Origin: Ramazzottius varieornatus
Taxonomy: Eukaryota; Animalia; Tardigrada
Length of the DNA: 64,000 nucleotides
Direction: 5' to 3'
Assembly: GCA_001949185.1 (NCBI GenBank)
Contig: BDGG01000002.1
Span: 1,857,826-1,921,825, forward strand
A model generated the notes under the pieces. The model did no database searches and was not told the DNA's origin. It saw only the letters and a program-made list of their open reading frames with translations. The translations under genes and the position numbers were made by a program. Below, piece after piece: positions 12,677 through 24,760 of the stretch (its first letter is position 1; each line of letters begins with the position of its first letter).

Positions 12677-13063
12677 CTTCCGCTCCAGTATGCCGCGATG
12701 GCGTAAAGCTCTTTGATTGGGAGTGTTGATTTAACAGATTGAAATTCAGCCGATCAGCTGTTCCGCCAGATTGGAACCCGATAGTGTGCTATCGGGCATC
12801 TTCAGCTAGTGCTAGCACGCTGTTCGGTCGTCCTGGTGATCAGCTGAGTTTGCAATGTCTTCAATCAACACTCCCAATCAAAGAGCTTTACGTCACCGCG
12901 GCATACTGGAGCGGTCAATGGACTTTCACTTCCGAGTCCCTATAGTTTGTTCCAGGATCGACGCGGGATTTAGCTCACTGGCTCAGATCCTAGAAGAGAC
13001 TCTCCTCTCTCGTTCCGCCAGGACAGTTTGACCAAAAAGAGGTGGGGACAGGCATAATCCCCT
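12677..13063. mobile_element. MITE family A copy (left end truncated) with long internal palindrome
   Basis: 12680-12731 and 12863-12914 are near-perfect inverted repeats. 12950-13063 is the reverse complement of about 1628-1745. Confidence 0.75.
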
Positions 13064-13074
13064 CGTTAGAACAA

Positions 13075-13550
13075 TAGAGAAGTTGCACTTTGCACAGATG
13101 GTTTGAACAAACGACAGTTTGGACAAAACGATTAAATTTAGAAAAGTTTAAACATTCAAGAATTGTAATTCGCCTCGCGGTTCACGAAACGAAGGAGGGC
13201 TTCGTTCGTGATTCACGACGAAAATCACCCGTAGAGTTCAAACATGAACAAATTGCCCTCAGTAATGCCCTGGCTGGCCCGACGCCCTGGGAAGCGTAAT
13301 CGGTGCCCGGGCAACACAGGGCATCCACTCCGGACAATCAGATTTGCATCTGAGCCGGCTTTTCTCTAACTTGGTGGGTTAATTACTGCCGAAAAAACCA
13401 CCATGACCAGCAGCGGTCGTTTGTCCCATCGTTTTTCTCAAACTCGCCCGCGTTGTGCAACTTCTTAAAGCCTGCTTTTATAAACTTCGATTTTCAAAAT
13501 TAATTAGTTCGCGTTTGTTCAAACCATCTGCGCAAAGTGCAATTTCTCTA
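13075..13550. mobile_element. MITE family B flanked by TA
   Basis: TIRs TAGAGAAGTTGCACTTTGCACAGATGGTTTGAACAAACG and CGTTTGTTCAAACCATCTGCGCAAAGTGCAATTTCTCTA, 2 mismatches. Confidence 0.8.
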
Positions 13551-15212
13551 ATATTGTCATTTTGTTGTTGCATACAGTGCGGGAACGGGCAACAGTCTGA
13601 TGAGCTCCAAGCGTTATGCAACTCTAGCTAGATTTATGCCGACGGGTAGCGAGGCCTACGCTCTCACATTCCGATGTTAGTTAGAATGGTATTGGTGTAA
13701 AACTGTGTCTATCATCTGCGACCCAACTGCCGTTGGAGTCAAAGGAGGAAGCCCCTCTGGCGAATTGCGTCGTCAGTGCAACGCAACAAATGGGATATTG
13801 AAGGCTGTCGCCAAATACACTGTCATTTCACTGACAGTCAATCTGAACTCGGGATCGTCCCGTAAACAAACGTTGCTTGAAGCGAGAAAACACTCTCGAG
13901 GTACGGTAATTTAAATCGAAGCGCCCCGCATATTCGCAGTCCGCAGCGGCGTCGCGCCGTCGGTCAGCTGATTTTCAATCTTTTCCGTTGCCCATGGTCT
14001 TGTCGTGTCTTTCTGTTAGTAGTGATACTGGTGATAATCCATATGGACCATCTTCGCGCAATCCTGGTACGATACTCTTACACCTTGACCCAATCTGGGT
14101 CTGAGTATTGCGCTGCAGTGCAGGAATTTTTATAGAAAACAAGATTGCGCAATTTTTTGTGTTTCTGGAAAACAGGTCGACGCTCTGAGGATGAACCTGA
14201 CATCGCCAAACTATGTGCGTACTAATTCGTTCCAAGAATTACATGGTGATGTTGGCATAACGGTATTCTGACTCGACATCATTTGGGTACTGGGCAGAGT
14301 TCCTCAGCCCTCCAGGGTGATGAACTCTACCCAGTAGCATTTTTATTAACAAGCCCGAGCTCCCGGAGTTCTAATATAATCTTAATATAATACGCCGCGA
14401 CCTCCAGGTATTTAATATGATTTAATATGCTGTAAATATTCGTTACTATCGCGTGACACGTCATCGTACACGTGAAGTACAGCCCCCGTCCGGTTTCACC
14501 GCCTGCGCAATTCACTGGAAGGGCAAGTCAAGCTCACGGTAGATTGCAATCGTAACAGCATGTACGCTGTCATCGGCATAGCCCAAAAAAGTAACGCATC
14601 GGATCTGGAGGTGAGACAATCAACTGTATAGGACCAGAGAAGCTGAAGCAGGTAGAGGTACCGCTGCGTGTATCGTAGCGCCGTATAACATGGAGGCGGT
14701 AGAGGCACTTACCGCTACTAATGAACTCCCCGTTGGTCTAATGCGCACATAAGCCACGCCACGCCCCGGCCGTGTCGGTTACATTACGGTTGTGGAATAT
14801 CCGTCAGGCTGAGCTCGTCATCCGCTGGGGTGAGGCTCTCTAGCGCTGATGCTCCTGCGCGCTTTCTGTCGTGAGCTAATTCCACAGACGAGTGTCCGAT
14901 AAGTCCTACCGAAGAAAAATTACAAAGGGTGATGCTCCGGATATGAAACAGATCCCTGCGAAGCGCTAAAGGGAAGATCCGTTAGTGACAAAACTTTTGA
15001 CGAGCCAAAACAAGCTTATTACAACTGTTCTCCTCGTAACAAATGTGTCCATGAAATCACAGTGTCCGTGTGTCTCAATGATACAAACTAATGTACTAAT
15101 CAAAGTTTTCACTAAGCTTTGTTTCATCTGCCGATGGGTGTTACTTCTGTTCCCCTGGCCACTTCATCCGACATCTTTCGCGGATTTTTCCTCGGCCCGA
15201 AGTTTTAGATCA

Positions 15213-15677
15213 CGAGGCGGGTCATACTGGCCGAATCAGAAAGTTGAGATCAGCTCTTTTGCATCCCGCTACCGGGGAAGATCAGCTGATAGGATCTCTG
15301 ATCCCCGTTATATATCGCCCTTGGAACTTTCGTACGCGTGAATCAGTCCCGGGTAGTCAGCACGCGGTGGACCGGCCAATCAACGAGCAGCTGTCAATCA
15401 GTCGATTTTGAATGTGCAGTAATGCACAGGGGTAGTCCAGCGTGCATTGATTACCTGATCATGTGCTCATGGCGTAAATTCGTCCGACTGATTAATAGTT
15501 GATCGTTGATGAACCGGCCTGAGACGTGCTCACTACTCGGGACCGACTACGCGTACGACTGTGTGGAGGATAGTACATACTGAGGATCAGATATCCTATC
15601 AGTTGATCTTCCCCCGTAGCGGGATGATCAAGAGCTGATCTTGACTTTCTAGAACGGCCAAGTTGACCCGCCACGCT
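15213..15677. mobile_element. MITE/foldback with about 90-bp imperfect TIRs
   Basis: GGCGGGTCA..AGAAAGTTGAGATCAGCTCTT..CATCCCGCTAC..GGGGAAGATCAGCTGATAGGAT is mirrored at about 15583-15673. Confidence 0.75.
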
Positions 15678-17693
15678 ACCTAAGAACTATGGTCGTAAAA
15701 GAAACCATAAAAAAATGTTGGATGAGTTGGCCAGGAGGCTAAAAGTACTACCCATCGGTAGATGAAACAGAGCTTAGCAGGGATGCATTTTGTACACTGT
15801 ATGTTGTTTTTGCTTCCCAGGAGATCTTTCTTTTTGACTCGTTCGACGAAACTTTCTATCTGTCACCTCTACAAAAGATCTGGCTCAGGAACAACGACGT
15901 ACCACCAGACCGTCCTTTGTGCGGATACCGTGGTGACGAGGATCCTTGAGAATCACGTATGTTTTTTTCTGACAAACCAATGCTAAACGCAGTACAGTGG
16001 CTACAGCTGAATCTCAGCAACCGCTGATTCTAACGTTTCCTATTTACAACCATTTGTTGAGAGGATACATGCGCTATTACGCTTAAACTGGCAGACAGGG
16101 TGAAGCAAAGATCAAAACAGAGATGTGAAGAGGCGCTCTGTGGAAGAAGAGACACTACAACCTGTCTTTTTGTTGAAAAGAATGTCATGTTCTGTAAATT
16201 GGTTGTGGCCACTCGGCTGCGTTCACAAGGTACAGTACATGACATAATTCGAACATAGAGATTTTCGCATCATAATTCGGGCGATGCAAAAGTTTAAGTA
16301 TTACCATCAAGCCTTGATTCATTTCTCATCGTAGACCTGTTGATGCAACTTTTGGCTTTTTAACATTGGACAGACCAGTCTGTCCCCCACGACAGGTTCT
16401 TCTGACCTACAACATTTAGTCGTCCCCAAACCTATTCGAACCTTGAAGAGAGGAACTGATCTACCTCAGGAAACAAAAAACACGTGACCATGTGCAGCAG
16501 GAGCTCCGAAAAAATATTCTCGAATCATGATGCGAAAATGACTATGCCAGAATTATGTCCTCAACCTAGTACCATGGAGTAACAGCACTCAATATTTGAG
16601 GCACAGATAAGTTATCGACGCTGATTAGTGTTTCAACTTTATGCCTCGTCGTTGCGGGGGTGACTGTTGGTCTATTCGTCATTGTAAGGCAAGAAGTTGG
16701 TGAGAACAGGAGGACTAACGATTGCTGCTTTTGTTTGCCACACGAGGATACATGATAACAGACCTTTGACCTTTAGAATGTGGCATCACGACGGAACCTG
16801 GGGATCATTCCTGTTGGACTCGCATGGACTTACGCCTCACCGGAACATTTTCTCGTCAAAGAATTCACAACATAGTCAGCATTCGCAGCCATCATCATAA
16901 AACTGTTGAATGACGCAATCCATTACAGTCTACTAGATGTTTGGTTTAGACTTTGTAGCCAAGAACGTCTAGTTCAACGCTTTCGTTTTGAAAATCGACA
17001 CCATCGACACTTTTTTTACGTTTATTGACTGCGGTAAATTGCATGGGCCACCGCTGGCTGAGCTGATGTAAGTGTTTGTCGTGGCGCACTGTAAGGTACC
17101 ACAGTTGTCACGCACCACCCTACGAGAGGTGGGCGGAGACGTGCCATCACGTGATCCAATCGCAAAGTGGTATTTCCTTGCCGCGTCACAGCCTTGAGAG
17201 CAGTTTCCCATATCGCTAGTGGCATTTCAACCGTTTGAGCAGTCAATGCTGCACGACTATGCAGATTATAAAAACTCTGATAATTGTAGTATATTGCGTC
17301 ATGGGCTATCCTATAACAAATTTTTATTCATTCCGGACCACAGCATGCACATTTAGACAGCAGCAAACCCTAAAGAAACAAGAGAAGAAACTAGAACTCC
17401 GATAACGGTGATTTGCAACTCCTCCAGCTTCATTGACAATCACTGATTCCCAAAACAGCGTTCCGCAACGACAAACAGGGCATGTGGTTGATAGCATCGC
17501 ACAAGTTTGAACATCTGCTGGAAGGACTTTCCTTCAGGGATCACGAGAATTCCGGTGGCGCAAACCAGCAATTGATCTTCGACCTTCAAAGATAAGAAAA
17601 CAAAGCCCAGTATTTCACAAGACTTCTTCGACGGACGCACGCAAACACGGTGAAATATTGAACGTGAGAAAACGAGAACGAACGGGAATTGCT

Positions 17694-17914
17694 ACAGTGG
17701 GCGTGACTCAACTATGGTCGTACGATCACAGAAAGTAGGGTCACAAGACCCGCGACCAATGGTCGCGCGAACATAGTCACAGTGTGACCATGGTCGCGCA
17801 TTTATCGGCTGAATTGCTTGAACAAGTGCTACCATGTGTGACCATGATCACACTGCTACCACGGTCGCGCGACTATGGTCACATGGTCCCGTAACCATCG
17901 TCTAGTCGCGCCCA
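17694..17914. repeat. Inverted-repeat element built from GACCATGGTCGCGCG-like subrepeats
   Basis: Ends GTGGGCGTGACT and AGTCGCGCCCAC, with repeated internal ATGGTCGCGC/GTGACCATG units. Confidence 0.55.
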
Positions 17915-18569
17915 CCCGAGGAACTGCCAGCCGAAAAATCGAGCATTTGGAGCGAAAGGTGGGTATCCGGCGTCAATCTTAGGCTACCAATGACTGCGAA
18001 ACTGACGTAACTCTTGCATCACGTGCTTTTGAAGACGTGCGCGTGGTTTCCGTTTTGAAAAGACCTTCAAAACTGGTTCTATTTTTGTACGAGTTCATCT
18101 TACCAGACGCATTTCATGCACCATCTTCACACTCCCTGGGGTGTTTCAACAGCTGGGAAATTTCTGGTGCTTTAAAGTCGAGCACAGAAATGACCAACGG
18201 TCGCCTCGTCGCCTGGGTGATATCAGGCAGTACATCAACGAAGTCCAATACCTTGGTTGAGGTTTTTGCGGATTCCTTTCGCAATGAAATCGGACATCTG
18301 CTACACGCACTATCCCCAGCTGGCGAATACGTATTTTAGACCAATCGACGTTATAATGTCGAAATGAGGAACACTTTTTCATTTTCGTCTTGCCGGATGA
18401 AATGGGTGGATAAAATCAAAACCATAGTAGGAAGTAGAACTGAGACAACAACAGCCTGGCTGGAGTGAGCACCTTCTTGCTCGAGGTTCCAGAGATACTG
18501 ATGGCCGCCATGTTTCGCGGTCGTTGACAAGAACGTCGTTGTTCAACTATCGACTGGCAGAATCTGAGG

Positions 18570-18953
18570 TACACGGACGAAAAGAAAGTTTGGGCTGGAC
18601 GGAAAGGCGGCAAATTGAATTACAACCGTAGAAAGTGGTCGGAGTGGATGCTGCGGAGCGAATTGCACACTTACGTACGTACACTCAAGACGAGAAACTA
18701 TGGGGCCAGTAAAAATTATGGGACCAGGCGGAAAGGACGGCAAAATGGAAATTCGACCGTTGAAGAGTGTCAAAAAATATATTACTGTGAGTCGGTCGCG
18801 TACGTACGTGCTCCCGTACCGCCGTAGCGAAAAGGCCTGTACCATAATTTTCACTGTACGATAGTTTCTCGTCCTGCATGTACTTCCGTTCCGCTGCTTC
18901 GGAATCGCCTGCCCCAATCTTTTTACTGGCCCAAACTTTCCTTTGTGCGTATA
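18570..18953. mobile_element. Nested MITEs: an element at 18680-18882 inserted into a family C element
   Basis: Outer TIRs TACACGGACGAAAAGAAAGTTTGGGC and GCCCAAACTTTCCTTTGTGCGTATA. Inner TIRs GACGAGAAACTAT and ATAGTTTCTCGTC, flanked by TA. Confidence 0.75.
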
Positions 18954-20652
18954 AAGCCTGCTCATCCAACTTGCTGCCACTCAAAATACTAGTGAGTTGT
19001 TCTCGACTCGACTGTTGTTCAACTTCTACACTATTTGTCCCTGGTTTGACATCCTGTTTGCTGTCTTAGGGAAAATTACTGGCCGCGAATCTGTTTACAG
19101 GAAATCGCAATCGAAACAAAACTAGGAAACGTGCAAGGTGAAAAAATTCACATTTTGTGCAGTTTTCAGGACCGTATTCTTGTTTGAAAGCCCGATGTTA
19201 ACTCTACGTGATGATGAAAAGCGCGTTGTTTCAACAATTGGCTAGCACTTATAGCACGGTGCCGGAAACAAGGTAGTTTTAGGTGTTCGTAGGATGTGAA
19301 CTGCTAGTTGATTTGTTGATGAGGTCTGCTGAAAGTCACGTGATGCGAAAGACCAAACACTAATCTACACGAAGACGTTTGAGAAACCAGTAACGGATTT
19401 CTGCGAAGGAAGATACGAATTCAAATAAAGACAGGGGGTGGACAGATACTTATGGGGGACAGTGTGAGCCTATCTGCAGCAGATGGTGGATCGCTGGTAT
19501 GATTGGACTATTCGAATAGACTCAAAAGACTTCTGAAATTAACTCGCGTTAATTTTCGAGTACCGAATTTCGGAAAATCCCAGCCAAAAAGCCGACGCGC
19601 ATAATGCGCCACTTTCTTGGGGCAGTAGATTTTAATTTGTTCGCATCTTTCTCTATCTTCAAACGCTCTAAGCAATGTTGTCTACAAATAGCCCAAACTG
19701 GGAAGTATTCACAGTTGAAGCCAGCTCTGGATCCGAGGTTCCGGGAATTCGGACGGCTTCGTTTTCCGTCTGAGGGTCTGACCTTCTTTCCCACCTGGTC
19801 ATTTCTTCGACCAAGTTTTTTATAATACCTGTAAGGGGCATTTGGTAGTACTTGGCTGTAGGCTGTGTTCGCAGTTTCTTGGACGTTTCGACCGTAGAAA
19901 AATAACTACGATTTGCAACCCGAAGTTCGAGGAATTTCACCGTCTGCACTGCTTTTGTAAACCTCGAGTGCTGACGGATCTGGATATTATGATGCAGGCC
20001 TATGGATAAATCACAGTGCTGTACTGCTAAGATACTGCTATTAATTATGGATCAATCAATCTTAGCGACTGCCCATTCGCATAATTAAAACGATCTGAAT
20101 TATTAAAATTGATTTCCTGTTATAATGATTAAAAAAGTACTGGTTTCCGAGAAGAAAAATTTCAGGGTTGGGCGTGGATAAAGCGGCAAAGTCATACTGA
20201 AAGACCTAATAGGTACAGTGTTTACTTGCCCAAAAAATTTGAACTTCCTTGTAAAGCAACGGTTCGATTTTCAAAACATAACTCAGTGGCGAAAACTCTG
20301 CATGTTGTCCTGCATTTGAGTAAGCTGTAAACAGACTCGCAGTAAACGACCATTCTTAATTGCAGGAGCAGTGCAGTGCAGTGCAAGTACAGTTGGGTCA
20401 GTCCCTCCTGTCAGAGCGCGACCGCGTATCTCTCCGTCCCTTCTCTTATCAGCAAGCCCGAAGCATGCTGAACCACGGGATCCACTGTATGCTCAGACGA
20501 AATCCTGCTAGTGGCTCAGCAACGCTTTCAGTACCGCCATAACCCACAGAACCGTGCTGAGTTGAGTGTCATTAGACAAGCGGCTGCTGTTCGAGTTGTT
20601 GCCCACTAGACGTAAACTGTATCTACCAGATTTAGAGCACGCAAAGTTTGGT

Positions 20653-23600
20653 ATGGAAGCCGTCCGGGTCATTACACGAGTACGCCCCTTGAGTGACCGC
20701 GACATCCATATTGGCAGTAATGTACGTGCTGTATACAAATTCTCACCATTATGATGCTCTGTTGTTATGTCAGTCGTATGTTTTGTAGGTGGTGGTCAGT
20801 GTCGACAAGACCCACCGGGAAGTCTCCGTAAAGCTGGGAAGGGACAACGAGAGTCGTTTGTTTCAGTACGACGGTGCCTATGGACCAGACGATACCAATC
20901 AAAACATCTTCCAGGAGAACATTGCTGACTTGATACAGGTAACGTTGAGCGTTGTGACCACCTAGCTAAGTTTATAGAAATCGCAACAGGCAGTGTAGTG
21001 CTTGAGTAGGGTGTGCTGGAAGGATACAACGTTACAGTGTTTGCCTATGGACAAACGGGAAGCGGCAAGTCGTACACTATACACGGAAGTGGACTGAATG
21101 ACGACGACGAAGGGCTGGTATTTCGCGCAGTTCATTACCTTTTCGATCTTATACACGGACTGCCGGAGGACAAGAGATCCATCGTTTACTGCAGCTTCTT
21201 AGAAATCTACAAGGAAGATTTTAACGATCTGTTGAATGGTCGAAATGACAACTCACGTCTAGTACTAAGAGAGGAGAAAGACAACCGCGTCTATGTTGAA
21301 GGTAAGATCAGTTTTCAATTGAACCCGTGCTTCAGGGTTGATGCATTCCTATCTTGAAGGTCTGCAAAACATGGCAGCACAAAATGCAGAAGATTGTTGG
21401 AAGTTGATGAAACGTGGGTTGAAGATTCGACAACAAGCCGCGACCAAGATGAACGCTGACAGTTCGCGAAGTCACGCGATATTTACTGTGACGGTTGAAA
21501 CTTCGGAGAACATTCTGGGACAGGACAGGATCACCGTTGGGAAGCTCAACTTCGTGGATTTAGCCGGAAGCGAACGGCAGTCCAAAACTGGTGCGTAGGT
21601 CCCATTCTACAAAATTTAGATACTAAATACCCTTTCGTTCTCCAGACAGTGAGAAAGAGCGGCTCGAAGAAGCCATCAAGATAAATCTCTCGCTGAGTAC
21701 ACTGGGTCGTGTCATCCAAGCTCTGACCGACGGCAAAGCCACTCACGTCCCTTACCGCGATTCGAAACTAACGCGGCTTTTGGAGAACTCTCTGGGTGGT
21801 AACGCCAAGACCGTCATGATCAGTTGTGTCTCCCCATCCGAAGATAACCGTGACGAATCGCTGAACACGTTGGCGTACGCCAGTCGGGCCAAGTTTATCA
21901 AGAATAAGCCCGTGATCAACACCGATCCACAGAGCGCTCTGATTCGAGGCCTGTTAAAAAATATTCGCAAGCTAGAAGAACAGATCGCTGCCGGGAACGG
22001 TACAACGGTAATGTCGGATGAGGAGAGGCAGGTGGAGATTGCACGATTACGACAAGAAATGCAGGAGAACCATCAGAAGGAAATGCGAAGGCTGGAACAT
22101 CAACAGGAAGAAACGATGAAGAGGTATGAAATTAACATGAGGGAAGCCAGCGAGGAAGAGAAGAAGGCCATCATACGGCAGAAAGATGATCAGTTGAGGA
22201 GAATACACGACGAACTGATGCATAGACAAAAGGAAGAATTTAGACGACTGGAGGCTCAGAAAGCCTTGGAGTTGGAGAATTTGGAGGAAAGTATGAAAGA
22301 AGCCATTGCGGAAGAAAGAAGAAGGGTTATGCACGAAACCGCAGAAGAAACGAAGAGGTTACAACAGGCGGCAGATGCAGAACTGCATCGACAACGTAGA
22401 GAACTGGAAGAAACGCAAAATAGGGCGAAGAAAGAAACTGCTCGCCTGGATGAAGCATATAGAGAAAAAGTGCAAGAGCAAAAAGTGAAACTGAAGGCTG
22501 ATTTCCAAGAGGAAATGGTATTACTGAAAGATCAACTCGACCGAGAACAACAAGCACAGATTCATCAGCTTATCGTACGTTGTACAGTTACATATTTATC
22601 AATTAGCTAGTGGTTTTGACCACTGGGAAGGCCGAGCAGAAGCAAAGAAGCACAAGTTTTGCGAGTAAAAACTTTTGCTACTTGGATCAAGTTGCGCACT
22701 TGTTTTCAGTACAGAGGTTGCGATATCTGAAAGCTCGAACAATCTGATCGTTCATTGAAATCTCGACAGACTTAAAAGGACCTCGCTTCGCTCGGCCTGA
22801 TGATCAGCTTTGAGATTTGAATACCGAACGAGCTTGCGTACCAAATTCTTAGATTGAGAAGGAGAAGACATTATCAGACTTTCAACAACAAAAAGCGGCG
22901 GAGGTTCGTGCCGTGGAAGAAAAGCTGTTGGCCATCCAGGAAGCCAAACTAGAGCAGCTTGCAAAAGAACACTCGAAAATCGTGTCACGACTGGAGGAAG
23001 ACCGGCGAAGTCAGGAATTGTTGACAAAAGAGGAACTGCAACAAAGAGAGGTGACCCAAGCTGCAGAGATTCATAACGAGATCGAAAGCTTCAGGAATGC
23101 CTTTAGGGAACAAATGCTGCAGCAGATCCAAGAACTGGAACAAACTCATCACCAGACCTTACAACGTAAAGAGGAGGAATTTCAGCGTATCATAACGGAG
23201 AATGATCTGTCTGCTGAGCAGAAAATGGCCGAGCTGGTCAAGACACATCGATCCGAAGTACAAGCTGTGGAAAAAATCAGCGAAGGACTAACTAGCAAGA
23301 ACAAATTGTTGCAAGCGCAGCTGTATCAGGCGGATGAGAAGAACCTGAGACTACAGGTGGAAGTCGACAGCTTGACTAGACAGCTCGATGACCTGATCAG
23401 TGAGCACGCGAATTGTGCTGATTTACTCGAGGACAAACAGCAAAAGTACCAGGAACTGGAACAAGAGATGGTTGTCACAAAGAAACAGCTTCAGAAGGCG
23501 AAAGAGAAAGTCCGCCTGCTGGAGAACGACAACATGTACCTGCAAACTCAGATTGATCAACTGCAAATTGACCATCCGGCATATGGCTCAGTCGTCTTTG

Positions 23601-24689
23601 AACCTCAGGGACGATCAGTACGTGACATTGCTGCATGTCCCACGTTAGCGCATTGTTATGCATTGTCTTTCGAGCTTTATCTTATCTAGGCGAAAAATTC
23701 AGCTAGAAATCCGAAGCGCCATGGAATAAATGTGAGGAAGAGTCAAGCGAGCGACCAGCTGAATAGTCATCAAAGCGATCAGAGGTCTTCACCAGCGTCT
23801 CCAGCGGACACCTACCGAATGGGTTCAGCCTCTTCCAAGTTGTCTGGATCGTCGGCAAGCACGAAAACAAAACAATTGGCTCCGGTCGGTAAGCTTCTAT
23901 ATGTATTTGACACCCTAATATCCTCTAAACTATCACTGATGTATTCCAAAGGTTCCCTTTGCAGAAAAGATGAACCTTGTGGACGTAACAGCAGTCGCCG
24001 CCCTTGAAAGTAAATTGGGACTGAAAGATGCCGAGGTGCTTGATTTCAACTTTCTTCTCCTTCCCTGTACACTAATGCGTTCTGGAGAGCGTCCATCAGT
24101 TATTTAATCTCAGTTTCGACTTTCTTTACGTCACGCATTTCAGATAACGCGTTTGAACGACGTTGTCAGGACCAGCACGCTTCACTCGTCAAGGACGGAA
24201 CGATCTGCGCAATTGGAAGTCATAAAGCAACGGCGAATGGCTCAACTCTACCGAGAAGTCCTGGATATCGTCATGTCTGGCCTGCCAGTCACCAGTCACC
24301 GAGACGTGGAAAGAATGTTGACCGACGCTATCTGGGATGAAACCACAGGCGCGTGGATTTTACCGCCACTCCAGCTGGCGATGACTCTTGAAGTAGACTT
24401 GAGGTTGCCCCCACTAAAGCTGAAAGATCAGCGTAGCCGAGACCAAGGTAAGGTCTCCACACGCACCGTTTCTTCTGTTGTTTCTGAATTTTATAAAGTT
24501 TTCGCAGGGGATAAAAAGGGAACATCTCAATCGCCGTTTACATTCGATCCACATCCACAGCTTGAGCCTTTACACCTAATAGGCAGTCCAAGACCGCTCT
24601 CAACGGCTCGGAGCACCATGTTGTCCTCCCATCAGAGACGAACACCGCGCCCGCCACCTTCCGTTCGAAAGAAAGAACCTTTGATTTAA
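20653..24689 (+). CDS. Kinesin-2-like (KIF3/KIF17/OSM-3-type) motor protein with long coiled coil
   Basis: [13 protein letters not shown]-loop [11 protein letters not shown], switch [12 protein letters not shown], switch [22 protein letters not shown], and neck [12 protein letters not shown]. An E/Q/K/R-rich coiled coil follows, with tail motif [13 protein letters not shown] resembling kinesin-2 tails. About 10 exons. Confidence 0.9.
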
Positions 24690-24760
24690 AACAAGGCTTT
24701 CTTTCTGTCGTGATATTTTAGCGGTGCATATTTCTGATTTTTAATGTCGTCCTTGGTTTG

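Larger units (their letters stand above)
11858..13901 (+). pseudogene. Receptor guanylate cyclase / natriuretic-peptide-receptor-like ectodomain (ANF_receptor), disrupted
   Basis: Signal peptide then FVLPAIDVAINDARSFYPKIDF..SC. A later exon (about 13579-13901, RYATLARFMPTG..YALTFRC*LEWYWCKTVSIICD..LLEARKHSR) has an in-frame TAG at 13678-13680. Two MITEs lie between the exons and no downstream exons were recognised. Confidence 0.65.

Noticed and set aside
18543-18984. ORFs sharing LGQAIPKQRNGS with ORF 4265-4669
   Set aside because: The similarity comes from shared MITE DNA, not a protein family.
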